Shown piece after piece: positions 24,343 through 36,228 of a stretch of DNA of 64,000 bases; the stretch's first letter is position 1; each line of letters starts with the position of its first letter. The position numbers were made by a program, and so were the translations under genes. Below the pieces are notes generated by a model. The model was not told the origin of the DNA and did not search any database. It worked only from the letters and a program-made list of their open reading frames with translations. This DNA is from Balanoglossus misakiensis (Eukaryota > Animalia > Hemichordata): the NCBI GenBank assembly GCA_040954595.2, contig CM082577.2:14143903-14207902 (forward strand), given 5' to 3'.

Positions 24343-24795
24343 TATAATATACCTCATGCTAATACTGTGCCGTGATTCGCCAGAATCCGTCACGTGATAG
24401 GAAAATAGAATCGACTATGAACCGCTAGGGAAATAGCAGAAAAAATATAAACCGGTCACGTGACCAGCGTGAGTGCGCAGACTCGGTCACGTCAATCAGC
24501 GTCGCGTCGTCTGACACAATGGCCACCGCTGAAGATGTCGTCTGCCAGCCTCAAGAGAAAATTGCAAGATTTTCCCAGCTGTTAGCATGAGGTTTATTAT
24601 AAAACACCTATAGCCTGGCCTATATTCGGGCCATAGCAGCCGTTTTTACCCCCTCGTGACTGTGAGTTACCAGAATCATATGCTATTTCCCTTGGCCTAC
24701 GGCCTCGGGAAATAGCATATGATTCTGGTAACTCACAGCCCCTCGGGTGTAATAAACGGCCGCTATGGCCCTCATGGCCAGGCAATAGGTGTTCA
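24343..24795. mobile_element. Non-autonomous palindromic insertion (two adjacent inverted-repeat modules) specific to duplication copy 1
   Basis: Copies 2 and 3 read TATTATTCTATATGAACAGCCC with no insert. The modules are ACCTCATGCTAA...TTAGCATGAGGT and AACACCTATAGCCTGGCC...GGCCAGGCAATAGGTGTT; the second has an internal perfect hairpin (GTGAGTTACCAGAATCATATGCTATTTCCC and its reverse complement). Confidence 0.75.
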
Positions 24796-24811
24796 ATATG
24801 AACAGCCCTGT

Positions 24812-24940
24812 TTATTTGTTGCAATAACTGTAGCCTTAGTGGTGGGCTGGTGTATCGCTGTCGGCTGGCCTGCCGTCAGCGATCAGGCCAGCCGACAGCG
24901 ATACACCACCCAACCACTAAGGCTACAATTATTGCAGCTA
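24812..24940. repeat. Long hairpin / small MITE (also at ~29260-29385 and ~45380-45505)
   Basis: GTAGCCTTAGTGGT..GGTGTATCGCTGTCGGCTGGCCTG ... CAGGCCAGCCGACAGCGATACACC..ACCACTAAGGCTAC. Confidence 0.7.
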
Positions 24941-26469
24941 CCTGTTTATATGACTTTCTCCCAGAATGAGCGGGCCATTTCGAAGCCGTGTCTTCACTGG
25001 ATGTTTCCTAGAGTGTTGCATGATCTGAATTTACACTCAGCAAATAAATATGTTCACACATATTTTTTTCCTGTTTCTGTTCCTGCTTGGTTGAACGCGT
25101 TACAGTGAGAACCCCCGATAAATATATTTCGCCCTCGTGTACATATTTAACGTGCGCAGGTACGGTGTGATGTGTAATCTTTTGATGTTGCATCTGCAAC
25201 TATGAACTGACTATTCAATTCTAATGTATATTGCTTCAACTGTAGTAGTTTGGTTTGTGAGAAATAACAAATAAACATTTCTGACAGGCATATAGACAGG
25301 AGACGCATAACGGACGAAGGATTCTCAGTCTCCGGGCAGAGGGCTCGGCCGATATGCCGCAGCCATGCGTTTGCATTAAAGTCATCGGACACTGAAATCG
25401 TTATGTTTTCCGAATGTGTGGATTATGAGCCGGTGTGGTGTCACCTGTTCGGGGTACTTAGAGTTTAATACGAAGCGTGGAGTTTAAGAACATAGCAACA
25501 AGAAAAATAGTGTACTATTTGGTAGAGAATTATGAAACACTAAGACAAAACATTTTTCAGCCCATGCCAAGCACCAAAATGATATCAAGAGATGGAAGTT
25601 TCCCCACAACCGAAATGACCTCATTTCGCAAGAATTTTAAGTAAACGAAGAAAATAAAAGCGAACAGTCGCTGTATAAAGAAGAAAGGCTATTGTTTTAA
25701 CCTGTACCAAGTGTCAAATTGACATCATGACATTAATCTTTTGTTTTATTTATTATTTATCTATTTCACCTTATAAATTAAATTCTTGTGTCATTAGAAC
25801 ACATTGCTCTACTCAGCCTAGACATATTGGAATACGTCTACTGTGAAATGTCTGTCGCTGTGAAGGCGCTTCTAAATATCTCCGTGCATACGCGTAAATA
25901 TATTAACCATTTCTCATTTTCATACCAATGGCTCCCTCGATACCCCTAAAATTGTAGCCCCCTACAACATCAGCCTGCATTAGTACAGTTCAAGCTAGAA
26001 TTTATGGTTTTTTTTGCTCAAGATAAAATATTAACTCATTCTTCTGGCAGGGGAACATTCTAAGGTTAAAATTTGTGATGAGAAAACAAAGCTTTTAACA
26101 GCTCAATAGTTGTATCTTGTCATTATTTAGAGTGTGTTGGTTCTCCGCATAAAACAATATTAGTTTCACGTACGAAATAATTTGAGCATAGCTGCATATG
26201 TAGTAACTACTGACGTACATCATTAATAGCAAACATTCGATAATATGCAAACTACATTTTATTAACGTGATATCATAAAATATTTCATGAGACATTGACA
26301 TGACCGTGAGATAAATACCTGTTCAGTTAATTTCCTCTGAGTTTGTGATGATGTTTTAGAAATATATCATTAATTAGAAAAGTTCAACTATGCTACTAAA
26401 TAAAAATCGGGGGAACTTTCCCATCATAATGTTTTCCATACAAACAGTAAGTTTTAACGAAGTAGGTAA

Positions 26470-26830
26470 ATCAAATTTGTCAGAAGTATAGCTCTCAACA
26501 ACTTCACATGGTGTTGCTGGATTCAACCGGGACACAAAAAGTGTCCATACACGCCGCGGTCGTGCGCCTTGAAGGCCGGCTGTAGTACTCGGCTCAGTTC
26601 CAATCACAGGCTGGGTTCTCTTCCGTTTTCGTCGCTGAACGTGAACGAAGTCATCGTTGTCAGATGGGAGACTTGCGATTTCACACGTACGGAGAGGTTT
26701 TCTAGCTACTATTAAATTGCATATAAATTTAAACAACATATCATACACTATGCCTCTTGCAATCTGTCGTTATACTGCAAATTTGTACATGTATCAGCGG
26801 CCTTTCGCAAGTAGCTCGTACAGTTCCTAT
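26470..26830 (-). mobile_element. LINE ORF1 fragment at the duplication junction (shorter copies at 21750-21915 and 37470-37635)
   Basis: DDFVHVQRRKRKR...RVWTLFVSRLNPATPCEVVESYTSDKFD: a basic patch plus RRM-like LFVSRL motif typical of CR1/L2-group ORF1. Confidence 0.6.
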
Positions 26831-28626
26831 AGAACTTTCCACACTGTATCATATGGAAGACGTGTATAAGTTTGTGGTCATTCCAGACAGTTGAAAAATG
26901 CCTTGCTTCTGCTCAATGACTACTACATGGATATGCACACAACTACTTTTTTGGAGGGGGGTGGGTGTTTCCTGCTGGCCACTGATCTGCGTTGAATTTT
27001 GGACATAAATTGCATGAAATCAATTGTTAATTTATGGATATTTTTTCCTAACCTTTGACGTTTATTCGATACATCTTAATATTTATATGAGTACATACAT
27101 GTACAGTATGGTATTCAACGCTTTCACGCCAGGACTACAGTTTAAGCTTTTGTATCAGAACAAAAATGACGCATACCGCATGACATTAAAATTACGTATA
27201 GGAAACAGATTAGATGGATGGGTTTCAATATCCATGTATTGACCAGCCAATTAAGAGCATACACCTGTCTACCCGAGAAAACGTTGAGTCGCTTCAAAAT
27301 GTATGCTTAGAGGCGCAGAAGTCGTAGTTGCCATATTATCTGAACAGCATGTAGCTCAGACAAAAGCTACGGCCCTCTCAATTTACCTGCCACACAATAA
27401 CGATGCCCGAAAATGACTCTGACACAAAAGAAGCAAAAAACGTTCGTGACAGAGATAGAAATTGAACAATTATTACATGCATTTCAATTTAGTTAAATAT
27501 TAATAAAAGCAATTTAACGATCTTATAATGTCATTTGACACCTCTTGAAGAATACATATTCGGGAGAAATAAAACACAGAGTGTCAGGTATACTAGATAG
27601 AAATTGCATTATAAATTTAAACGTGAAGTCATTAAACGAGCCTCCTGCACGCGCACTGAGCTCTTAAAATTCCTTTGGTGGCCATGCTAGTTTTTCAGAA
27701 ATGACAAAAATCTTTGAAAATAAACTTCTTCAAGAACTTTTTCTCAAGAACCATTTGACAGTTCGGAATGGTTGGGTGACTACTCATATGTGCGGCGACT
27801 TTTGCATAGTGGTTCACTTAGATTAACCATATCTGCATAATATGTTACCCTTTATTTCTTATATTTGTACATATTTAATTCCATGCTAAAAAGTGACCAG
27901 TGGGGTTCGTTCTGTCGACGATGGATCAGCCCGGGCCCAGAATTTAACCCAACTTCTGGATGACATTTGACCAACATTCGCATATGTCATATGCATATAC
28001 AGTATATGTGTCCCTTGTATTTTTGGAACACGGCACTATATGGAGCAGTTCATAACATGACAACTTTGCAAATACGTTGTGTTAATTGCGCTCCTGCCTT
28101 ATTAAAGGTTTCATATTTATGTTAAATGGGATACGTGAATACCCTAGCTCGGGAATATAAAATCTGCAGTACAGTGGTGAAAACTGACTAATTTGGCTTC
28201 GCCTTATCAATTCGCGGGCACAGAACCGTTAGGCCAAACCGCATCCCGTAGACTGCAGTTATTCTTACTAAAATAACAAACACTTTGCAAAAAATGTCAA
28301 CGCAGTTTCATTGAAGTCCGTTGATTTATACGATATTTCATGACATATAATTCCAAAATAATCCCAATTGTGGTCATCGTTCAGAAACTAAAGGGACTTG
28401 TACAAATGCTTAAAAGCATAATATCAAATGGTACAAGCAATGTGATTATACAAATTATCCGTTGTATGCGATTGGCCTGCGTACGATTGAGTGACGTGAA
28501 TTAACACCACCAATAAAAGCGCGTGGGTGTACCTATAGCAACTGACTGATGTACTTGTATGTCACAACCCTGTATCCCCCTCAGTTTAAATTGTGCTCTG
28601 CGTGTAAAACAGGATGAAACACTAAG

Positions 28627-28690
28627 ATGTGTCAACTAGTCTTAATTTCGCTGTTATTGCTACATTGTACGCGCATAACCGAAGGAACAG
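28627..28690 (+). CDS. Signal-peptide first exon (copy 2) of the SRCR-pentraxin gene
   Basis: Identical coding sequence and donor to 23719-23782; closest intact copy to the SRCR exons. Confidence 0.62.
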
Positions 28691-30224
28691 GTAAGAGAAA
28701 ACTTTGTAGTTTTGCAAGTTGTGCCTTGGTATTAATTTTACTGCTGAAGATTACCATTTTGGTTTTCTTCGTTTGCGGCTGTTCAACTGCATTTGTCATT
28801 AAATTCCGATAACAGAACTGTAATGATTGCCAACAACTGTTTTATTGACCTTTCATGAAGTCGCTTTGTTAAAGTCGTAGTTTTTAATTGGATTAGACGT
28901 TCTAAAGATGGGTAGAGCGTCTCTGTCACTGATCGTGTTTTCCGTTTAAAGCGGATATTTTGTTTAAAATAGAAAATAGAACAGTGACAATGGATCGATG
29001 TTCAAATTGCGTTATTTTAGCAAAATAGTTGATCAACTTACTGTCATGATATCATTTCCAGGCTGGAAATCAATCTATTTTCTGAAATTGATGTCATTCA
29101 GCTAAAAGATTCTTTCCGCGTTCGATTGAATAGACTTCCCCATCCAATTCTCTCGTCGGCAGTTTGAATGTAAAAAGCATCCGTGAGTGTGGAGATGTTT
29201 CCAAAACCAACTTCACCGGCACTGTTCTATATTATTCTATATGAACAGCCCTGTTTATTTGTTGCAATAACTGTAGCCTTAGTGGTGGGCTGGTGTATCG
29301 CTGTCGGCTGGCCTGCCGTCAGCGATCAGGCCAGCCGACAGCGATACACCACCCAACCACTAAGGCTACAATTATTGCAGCTACCTGTTTATATGACTTT
29401 CTCCCAGAATGAGCGGGCCATTTCGAAGCCGTGTCTTCACTGGATGTTTCCTAGAGTGTTGCATGATCTGAATTTACACTCAGCAAATAAATATGTTCAC
29501 ACATATTTTTTTCCTGTTTCTGTTCCTGCTTGGTTGAACGCGTTACAGTGAGAACCCCCGATAAATATGTTTAGCCCTCGTGTACATATTTAACGTGCGC
29601 AGGTACGGTGTGATGTGTAATCTTTTAATGTTGCATCTGCAACTGTGAACTGATTATTCAATTATAATGTATATAGCTTCAACTGTAGTAGTTTGGTTTG
29701 TGAGAAATAGCAAATAAACATTTCTGACAGGCATATAGACAGGAGACGCATAACGGACGAAGGATTCTCAGTCTCCGGGCAGAGGGCTCGGCCGATATGC
29801 CGCAGCCATGCGTTTGCATTAAAGTCATCGGACACTGAAATCGTTATGTTTTCCGAATGTGTGGATTATGAGCCGGTGTGGTGTCACCTGTTCGGGGTAC
29901 TTAGAGTTTAATACGAAGCGTGGAGTTTACGAAAATGGCAACAAGAAAAATACTGTACTATTTGGTAGAGAATTATGAAACACTAAGACAAGACATTTTT
30001 CAGCCCATGCCAAGCACCAAAATGATATCAAGAGATGGAAGTTTCCCCACAACCGAAATGACCTCATTTCGCAACAATTTTAAGTAAACGAAGAAAATAA
30101 AAGCGAACAGTCGCTGTATAAAGAAGAAAGGCTATTTTTTTAACCTGTACCAAGCGTCAAATTGATATCGTGACATTAATATGGCCAATTATTTTGGAGT
30201 TTTATTTATCTATTTCACATTATA

Positions 30225-31483
30225 ATGTCTCACTTAAACCAATTATTAAAAAATGAATCCCCATGGACGCACCTACCAAACTTCTATTTTCAAAAATTGG
30301 GAGGGTTAATTTTGTACTTAACTGCAATTATAACGTAAGAAACTACATACAAAATTACCAACATTTTATTCCAACCTCCTGTCATATTTTGAGGAACTAA
30401 AATCATCAACTATACAGACAGCCGAAGAGGCAGCCCAACAAATCCTTTGGAATAACCAACACATTACAGTTTGGGGGGACATATCCATATTTTACAGGAC
30501 ATGGCTAGGCCATGGTGTTAAATATGTCAGTGATCTATTTGACGAATATGGTACCCAACTGCCCTGGAATATATTACAAGAAAAATATAATATAAAAGTT
30601 AATTATGTAATTTACACGGGATTATTAAATGCTATACCGAATATGTGGAAAAGAATGTTTGAAAAATGGGCAATTCACTCATGTAACCGAAAGGAATGAT
30701 GATAACTATCTCAGACAAATTGATATTAATAAAACTGCCACGAAAGATTTCTATATACGAACTGTTTAAAAACCGTACCTCCCAGCCTGCAAAATCCGAA
30801 ATCGAATACTCTAAACAAAATTATGCAAAAAAACGTAGAATGAAAAAAATCATGGTCATTAATATATTCAGTAACAAAAGAGGCAAAACTGAGAATGTTC
30901 CAATTTAAAATCATGCATCGCATCTTAGCCACAAACTCATTTCTAAATAAAATTAAGATTTAAAAAAACCCACTTTGTTGATATTGTAACACTGAAGAAA
31001 ATACAGAATACTTGTTCTGGAAATGTAAAGAAGCCAGCGATTTCTTGGCCACCTTCCAACTGTTTTACAACAAAAAAACAAAACGATTCATAAAACTGAC
31101 ATGTAAAGATGTTGTTTTTGGAGTACTACCTCATAGGGGAAATGATGATAATTGCAAAATATTATCTTTACTCAAAGCGATTCTTAAATAATCCCACATC
31201 CTTTTCTGTTTTCTTTGAAAAAGTACGAAATGTCATTTTCACAGAGAGAAGTATTGCAAAAAAGACTGGGAAAACAGAACGCTTTAGATTAAAATGGGAA
31301 TCTTTGTTTCCCTATTTTGAAGTCACTATTTAAATTCCCTTGTACCTTTAATTAATTTATTTATTATTATATTGGGAGAAATGTACCTCTTTTTTGTTTT
31401 TCGTCCCTTTTGACTCTTGTTTCTGTATTTCTTCTGTTTTTTTGTCTTTGTTTTTGTTTTTGTTTCTTGCAATAAAAAAAAAA
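30225..31483 (+). mobile_element. 5'-truncated, decayed L1/Tx1-type LINE 3' end
   Basis: Frameshifted remnants QILWNNQHI, FKIMHRILATNSFLNKIKI and C-x2-C...E-x-LFWKC, typical of the L1/Tx1 C-terminal region. T-rich 3' UTR, then AATAAA running into poly(A) at 31471-31483. Confidence 0.7.
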
Positions 31484-31990
31484 TGATATCAAGAGATGAA
31501 AGTTTCTCCACAACCGAAATGACCTCATTTCGCAAGAATTTTAAGTAAACGAAGAAAATAAAAGCGAACAGTCTCTGTATAAAGAAGAAGTGATATTTAC
31601 TAACCTGTACCAAACGTCAAATTGACATCATGGCATTAATATGGCCAATTCTTTTGGAGTTTTATTTATTATTTATCTATTTCACATTATATTATATAAA
31701 ATTATTGTGTCATTAGAACACATTGCTTTACTCAGCCTAGTCATCCTGGAATATGTCTACTGTGAAATGTCTGTCGCTGTGAAGGCGCGCCTAAATATCT
31801 CCGTGCATACGCGTAAATATATTAACCATTTCTCATTGTCATAGCACTAACTCCCTCGATACCCCTAAAATTGTAGCCCCCTACAACCTCAGCCTGCATT
31901 AATACAGTTCAAGCTAGCTCCCACCGACACGATCAATTTTTTCTCTCGGGGAATTTCTGACAGTGATGCCTAATTTGCACTTGTCAAGAA

Positions 31991-32027
<37 letters not shown>

Positions 32028-32151
32028 TATTTCAGACTTTAAAAAAAAAAGTCCATATACCCAAAAGAGAGAAGAAAAAAAAACACTAATGAAAATACTC
32101 TGGAAAATCTGAAACTGAGACACACACACACACAAAAAAAACTCTGCAAAA

Positions 32152-34185
32152 TTACATGATATACAATTGCTTTCGCCAATGTTTGAAAAATATGCTGTCA
32201 GTCGCTCTATCTGATGAACAGATCGCATCAAGTAAAACATTAGAAAAATTTTCGAGTCTACGCTTAAAACTGTACATATTGCGTCTAAAAACTTCACCAA
32301 GTGACAATACATGGTTTGTAGCAAACATACCCGATGCACTGCAAAATGGCGGAAGACCGAGAAGTCTTCTCCAAACATTATTGTACATAGTTTTAAATTT
32401 TTTCATCGGTTTAACTTTAAAGGATGTCCACAAACTGCAACAGTAAATATTACTACAATATGCCAAAAATAAAACTTTCTTCACATCTCGACTACAATGT
32501 TGAAAATGTCTCAATAGCATGTTTGCTCTAACGCAAAATGCTCTTCTCTGTCGTTCAATATCTTCATTATCACAACCATCACAAGATATTACATGGCCCA
32601 GATAGGTGTGTACAGGTACAAACTTCAAAGTGATGTCATTAAGTTTAACCGAAGGAATTCTTTGAACTCTCATATTCTTCCCATTAAAAAGCATGCACAC
32701 AGTTTTACTAGAATTATAAATGATATCATAATCCTTGCCATAAATTTCACAAATTCTAAGAAGACGGCGTAGACCCTTAACACTTGGACTGAGTAGAGTA
32801 ATGTCGTCAGCGTAACCTAAAGTGTTAGCGCTGACACCACACATGGTACAGCCAACTTTGGCTTTACAGAGTGCATTGATAAGATCATCAATGTAGACAT
32901 TAAAAAGATAGGGAGAGAGTACTCCCCCTTGTCTTACACCGTTAGAAACAGAAAACAACTATGAGGTTTCATTACCCCACAACACACTAAACAATTGATT
33001 TCTGTACCAGTAATATAAAATTCGAACAGCATACAAGGGAACATTCCTGTCGATGAGCTTGTTAACCAGTTTAAAGTGATTAACTCTGTCAAAAGCTTTT
33101 GAAGCATCCAGAAAACAAGTAAACACTGGTCCTCCTTTGCTGGTGTAGTAGCTAATGATTTCTTTAAATGCAAATAAACACAGGTCAGTTGAATGTTCTC
33201 GCTTGAAACCAAATTGTAAATAATGAGAGGTAAGAAACTCCTCACAACGAGAAAGTAAAATATGCTCAAAAACTTTAGAGAAAACAGTTGCTAGTGCTAT
33301 CGGCCGGTAGTTACTGGCATCACTACAAAGCTTAGTTTTATCCTTAATAATTGGAACTAAAATAACTTTGATAGCCTCAGTTGGCAGGTAACCATGAACA
33401 ATCATAGCATTAATACAACAAGTCAAAATGGGTAAAATAGAGGAGTCTGAGAATTTGAGGTGCTCAGCTGAAATATTGTCAATGCCAGCTGTCTTGTCGT
33501 CAGGTAACTTATGTATAGCAGAAATTACTTCGTCTTCAGAAACATACATATCAGAAGAAAAGTTAACATACTTCATTTTCTCCTCGATGTCATTTTTACC
33601 AGTCTGAGCCTGGACAGAATTCAAAATATCACTGAAATGCTTGTGCCACATAATTGCAATTTCACTCTCACCAGTCGCTCCACCTACAGTGTCAGAAAGT
33701 GGCGTTTTTCTGCTAGTTTGCTTTCTGACTTCCTTCCAGAAGTCATTCTGTTTGTGGCAGCGTAAATTGTCAGCCATCTTGTCAGCCCTATTTTGATTCT
33801 CAATCTTTTTACAAGCACGTAAAGCATACTTAAAACGAGCTCTGGAAGATTTCATGGTTTCAAAAAGCGGGCCTTGTTTAGGTTTACCCCCATTAACCCA
33901 TAATAAAAACATGGAACGGGCATAGTCGTGACTTTCTTTTACAAAATCGTTCCCGCCAGGTACAACATGAACTTTCTGGTGAAACTTACGCCTAATGGTA
34001 TCTTTTGCAGCACAATTCAATGCGTCCACAATACTACTATAACAAGTATCAATTGCCTGTAAATGCGAAGGGTCTGTACAGTTCACATTAGTGCAGAATA
34101 ACTCTTCGGATAAATTAATCTTATCAATCTTGGCTTTGGTACAACGGGTGTAGGCGGATATATTCTGCTGTGACATTTTTTCCAA
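32152..34185 (-). pseudogene. LINE reverse transcriptase, disrupted
   Basis: ORFs 32959-34185 and 32152-32958 are in frame, separated by one stop codon. Confidence 0.85.
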
Positions 34186-34814
34186 TCAACTCGAAAATTA
34201 CATTTCTTGAAGGAACTACTGCCGAAAACAGTATAGAAAACATTTTCCAATTTCCGAAAAGTAGCCGTTTTTTAAACTTTTTTCAAGGAAATTAGTGTTT
34301 TGTTCACAGTACGATATATTTCGATATTTTTCTATGATTATTTTCAAGATGTTTGCGAGTGTGCAGAAAGAAAAGAATAAACTGTGAAATTTCCATAGAA
34401 ATAATGAAGGAGCCATCTTTAGGTTGTATGGATTTGAATATTTCATTGAAAAAAACTAATAACTAAATTATGAATTCAATTAATAGTACAATTTGCAAAA
34501 AATTGCTAGTCACTCCAGAAGGGTCAGTGCTTGGAAATGTGAGAGCCTGGAAATTTCCAAGCACTGACAAGGGTCAGTGGTCGGAAATTTCCAGACACTC
34601 AGGGAATGTGAGAGCTTAGAAATTTCCAAGCACTGACAAGGGTCAGTGGTCGGAAATTTCCAGACACTCAGGGAATGTGAGAGCCTAGAAATTTCCAAGC
34701 ACTGACAGGGTTAGTGGCCGGAAATATCCAGTCACTCGGGGAATGTGAGAGCCTGGAAATTTCCAAGCATTGACAGGGTCAGTGCTTGGAAATCTTGAGT
34801 TTCTCTATCATGTT

Positions 34815-35072
34815 TCAAATTATGGCCTTTAGGAAAACGATCTGTTGAGGAACTTCGCCTGTATTTATATCTTCAACCCTACGGATGAGTTTGGTCGTTT
34901 GACTGCGGTGGCCTCTTCTGCTGTTCTTCTCTCTCTCCATGCCCGACATCCTGGTCTCGGCACCAACAAATGTACCGCGTACACTTGGGAATAGGTTCGG
35001 AATGAAGAGAGAGGGGCGGGATGGCCAATACTTCTTTATATACAGTGGTTTGAACTGTGACATTTGGTAACA
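34815..35072 (-). mobile_element. BEL/Pao LTR retrotransposon 5' fragment (short LTR, PBS, gag start)
   Basis: Minus strand TGTTACC...GGTACA (34971-35072), then PBS TGGTGCCGAGACCAGGAT, then MSGMEREKNSRRGHRSQTTKLI, which resembles BEL/Pao Gag N-termini. Confidence 0.6.
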
Positions 35073-35243
35073 CTGCATAATTCAAGAACAATAGCATTTG
35101 GTAGTTGTGAAGTTGTGACTTTGTATACAGAGTAGAAAGAACAATTGTGTCAGATAAACAATACCAATTCCCAATAAACAACTAGTGTATGGGCTAACTC
35201 AGAGGAGTTGGTAGGCGAAGCCTGTCATGAACATTGTGACGCT

Positions 35244-35631
35244 AAGGCTCCTTAGACAAACCTGGTGCGTCTGCGGTCCAGATCCGTACCAGAGCTTTTC
35301 GCCGAAATTCGATTTTATCGGGAGAATATCCTTTCCCTGTCTACTAACCGGTTATAACTGCGATTGACTTCTTCTAACATCCGAACCGCTCGCTTTCTGA
35401 AACTTTTGTGTTTACCCATTGAGATAACCTCACTGTATTCAATATGGCGATCTCAACAGGTAAACACAAGAGAAAATCAGAAAGCGAGTGGCTCGGAAGT
35501 TAATTACATCATATTTGGAGTCATTTGTGGGTAGACGGGGGAAAGATTCCCCCCGATAAAATCCAATTTCGGCCGAAAAGCTGCTGTCCGGATCCGGATC
35601 TCAGACGAATCAGTTTTGTCCATGGAGCCTT
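35244..35631. mobile_element. MITE with ~100-bp imperfect TIRs (possibly PIF/Harbinger-like)
   Basis: AAGGCTCC..GACAAA...CGCCGAAATTCGATTTTATCGGG versus CCCGATAAAATCCAATTTCGGCC...TTTGTCCATGGAGCCTT. Confidence 0.65.
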
Positions 35632-35698
35632 GCAGAGATGTGGTGGAAGCCGTGTATTAAACGCCGGGAGAACGCAGACATGTACGGAGGACTACCAC

Positions 35699-36228
35699 GA
35701 CCCTGTCAGTGCTTGGAAAGTTCAAGGCTCTCACATTCCCTGAGTGTCTGGAAATTTCCGACCACTGACCCTTGTCTGTGCTTGGAAATTTCTAAGCTCT
35801 CACATTCCCTGAGTGTCTGGAAATTTCCGACCACTGACCCTTGTCAGTGCTTGGAAATTTCCAGGCTCTCACATTCCCTGAGTGTCCGGAAATTTCCGAC
35901 CACTGACCCTTATCAGTGCTTGGATATTTCTAAGCTCTCACATTCCCTGAGTGTCTGGAAATGTTCGACCACTGACCCTTGTCAGTGCTTGGAAATTTCC
36001 AGGCTCTCATATTCCCTGAGTGTCTGGAAATTTCCGACCACTGACCCTTGTCAGTGCTTGGAAATTTCCAGACTCTCACATTCCCTGAGTGTCTGGAAAT
36101 TTCCGACCACTGACCCTTGTCAGTGCTTGGAAATTTCCAGACTCTCACATTCCCTGAGTGTCTGGAAATTTCCGACCACTGACCCTTGTCAGTACTTGGA
36201 AATTTCCAAGCTCTCACATGCCACTGAC
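35699..36228 (+). repeat. 69-bp minisatellite (~8 units); inverted counterpart of ~4 units at 34520-34797
   Basis: Unit CTTGGAAATTTCCAGGCTCTCACATTCCCTGAGTGTCTGGAAATTTCCGACCACTGACCCTTGTCAGTG; 23-aa periodicity in the ORF track. Confidence 0.92.
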
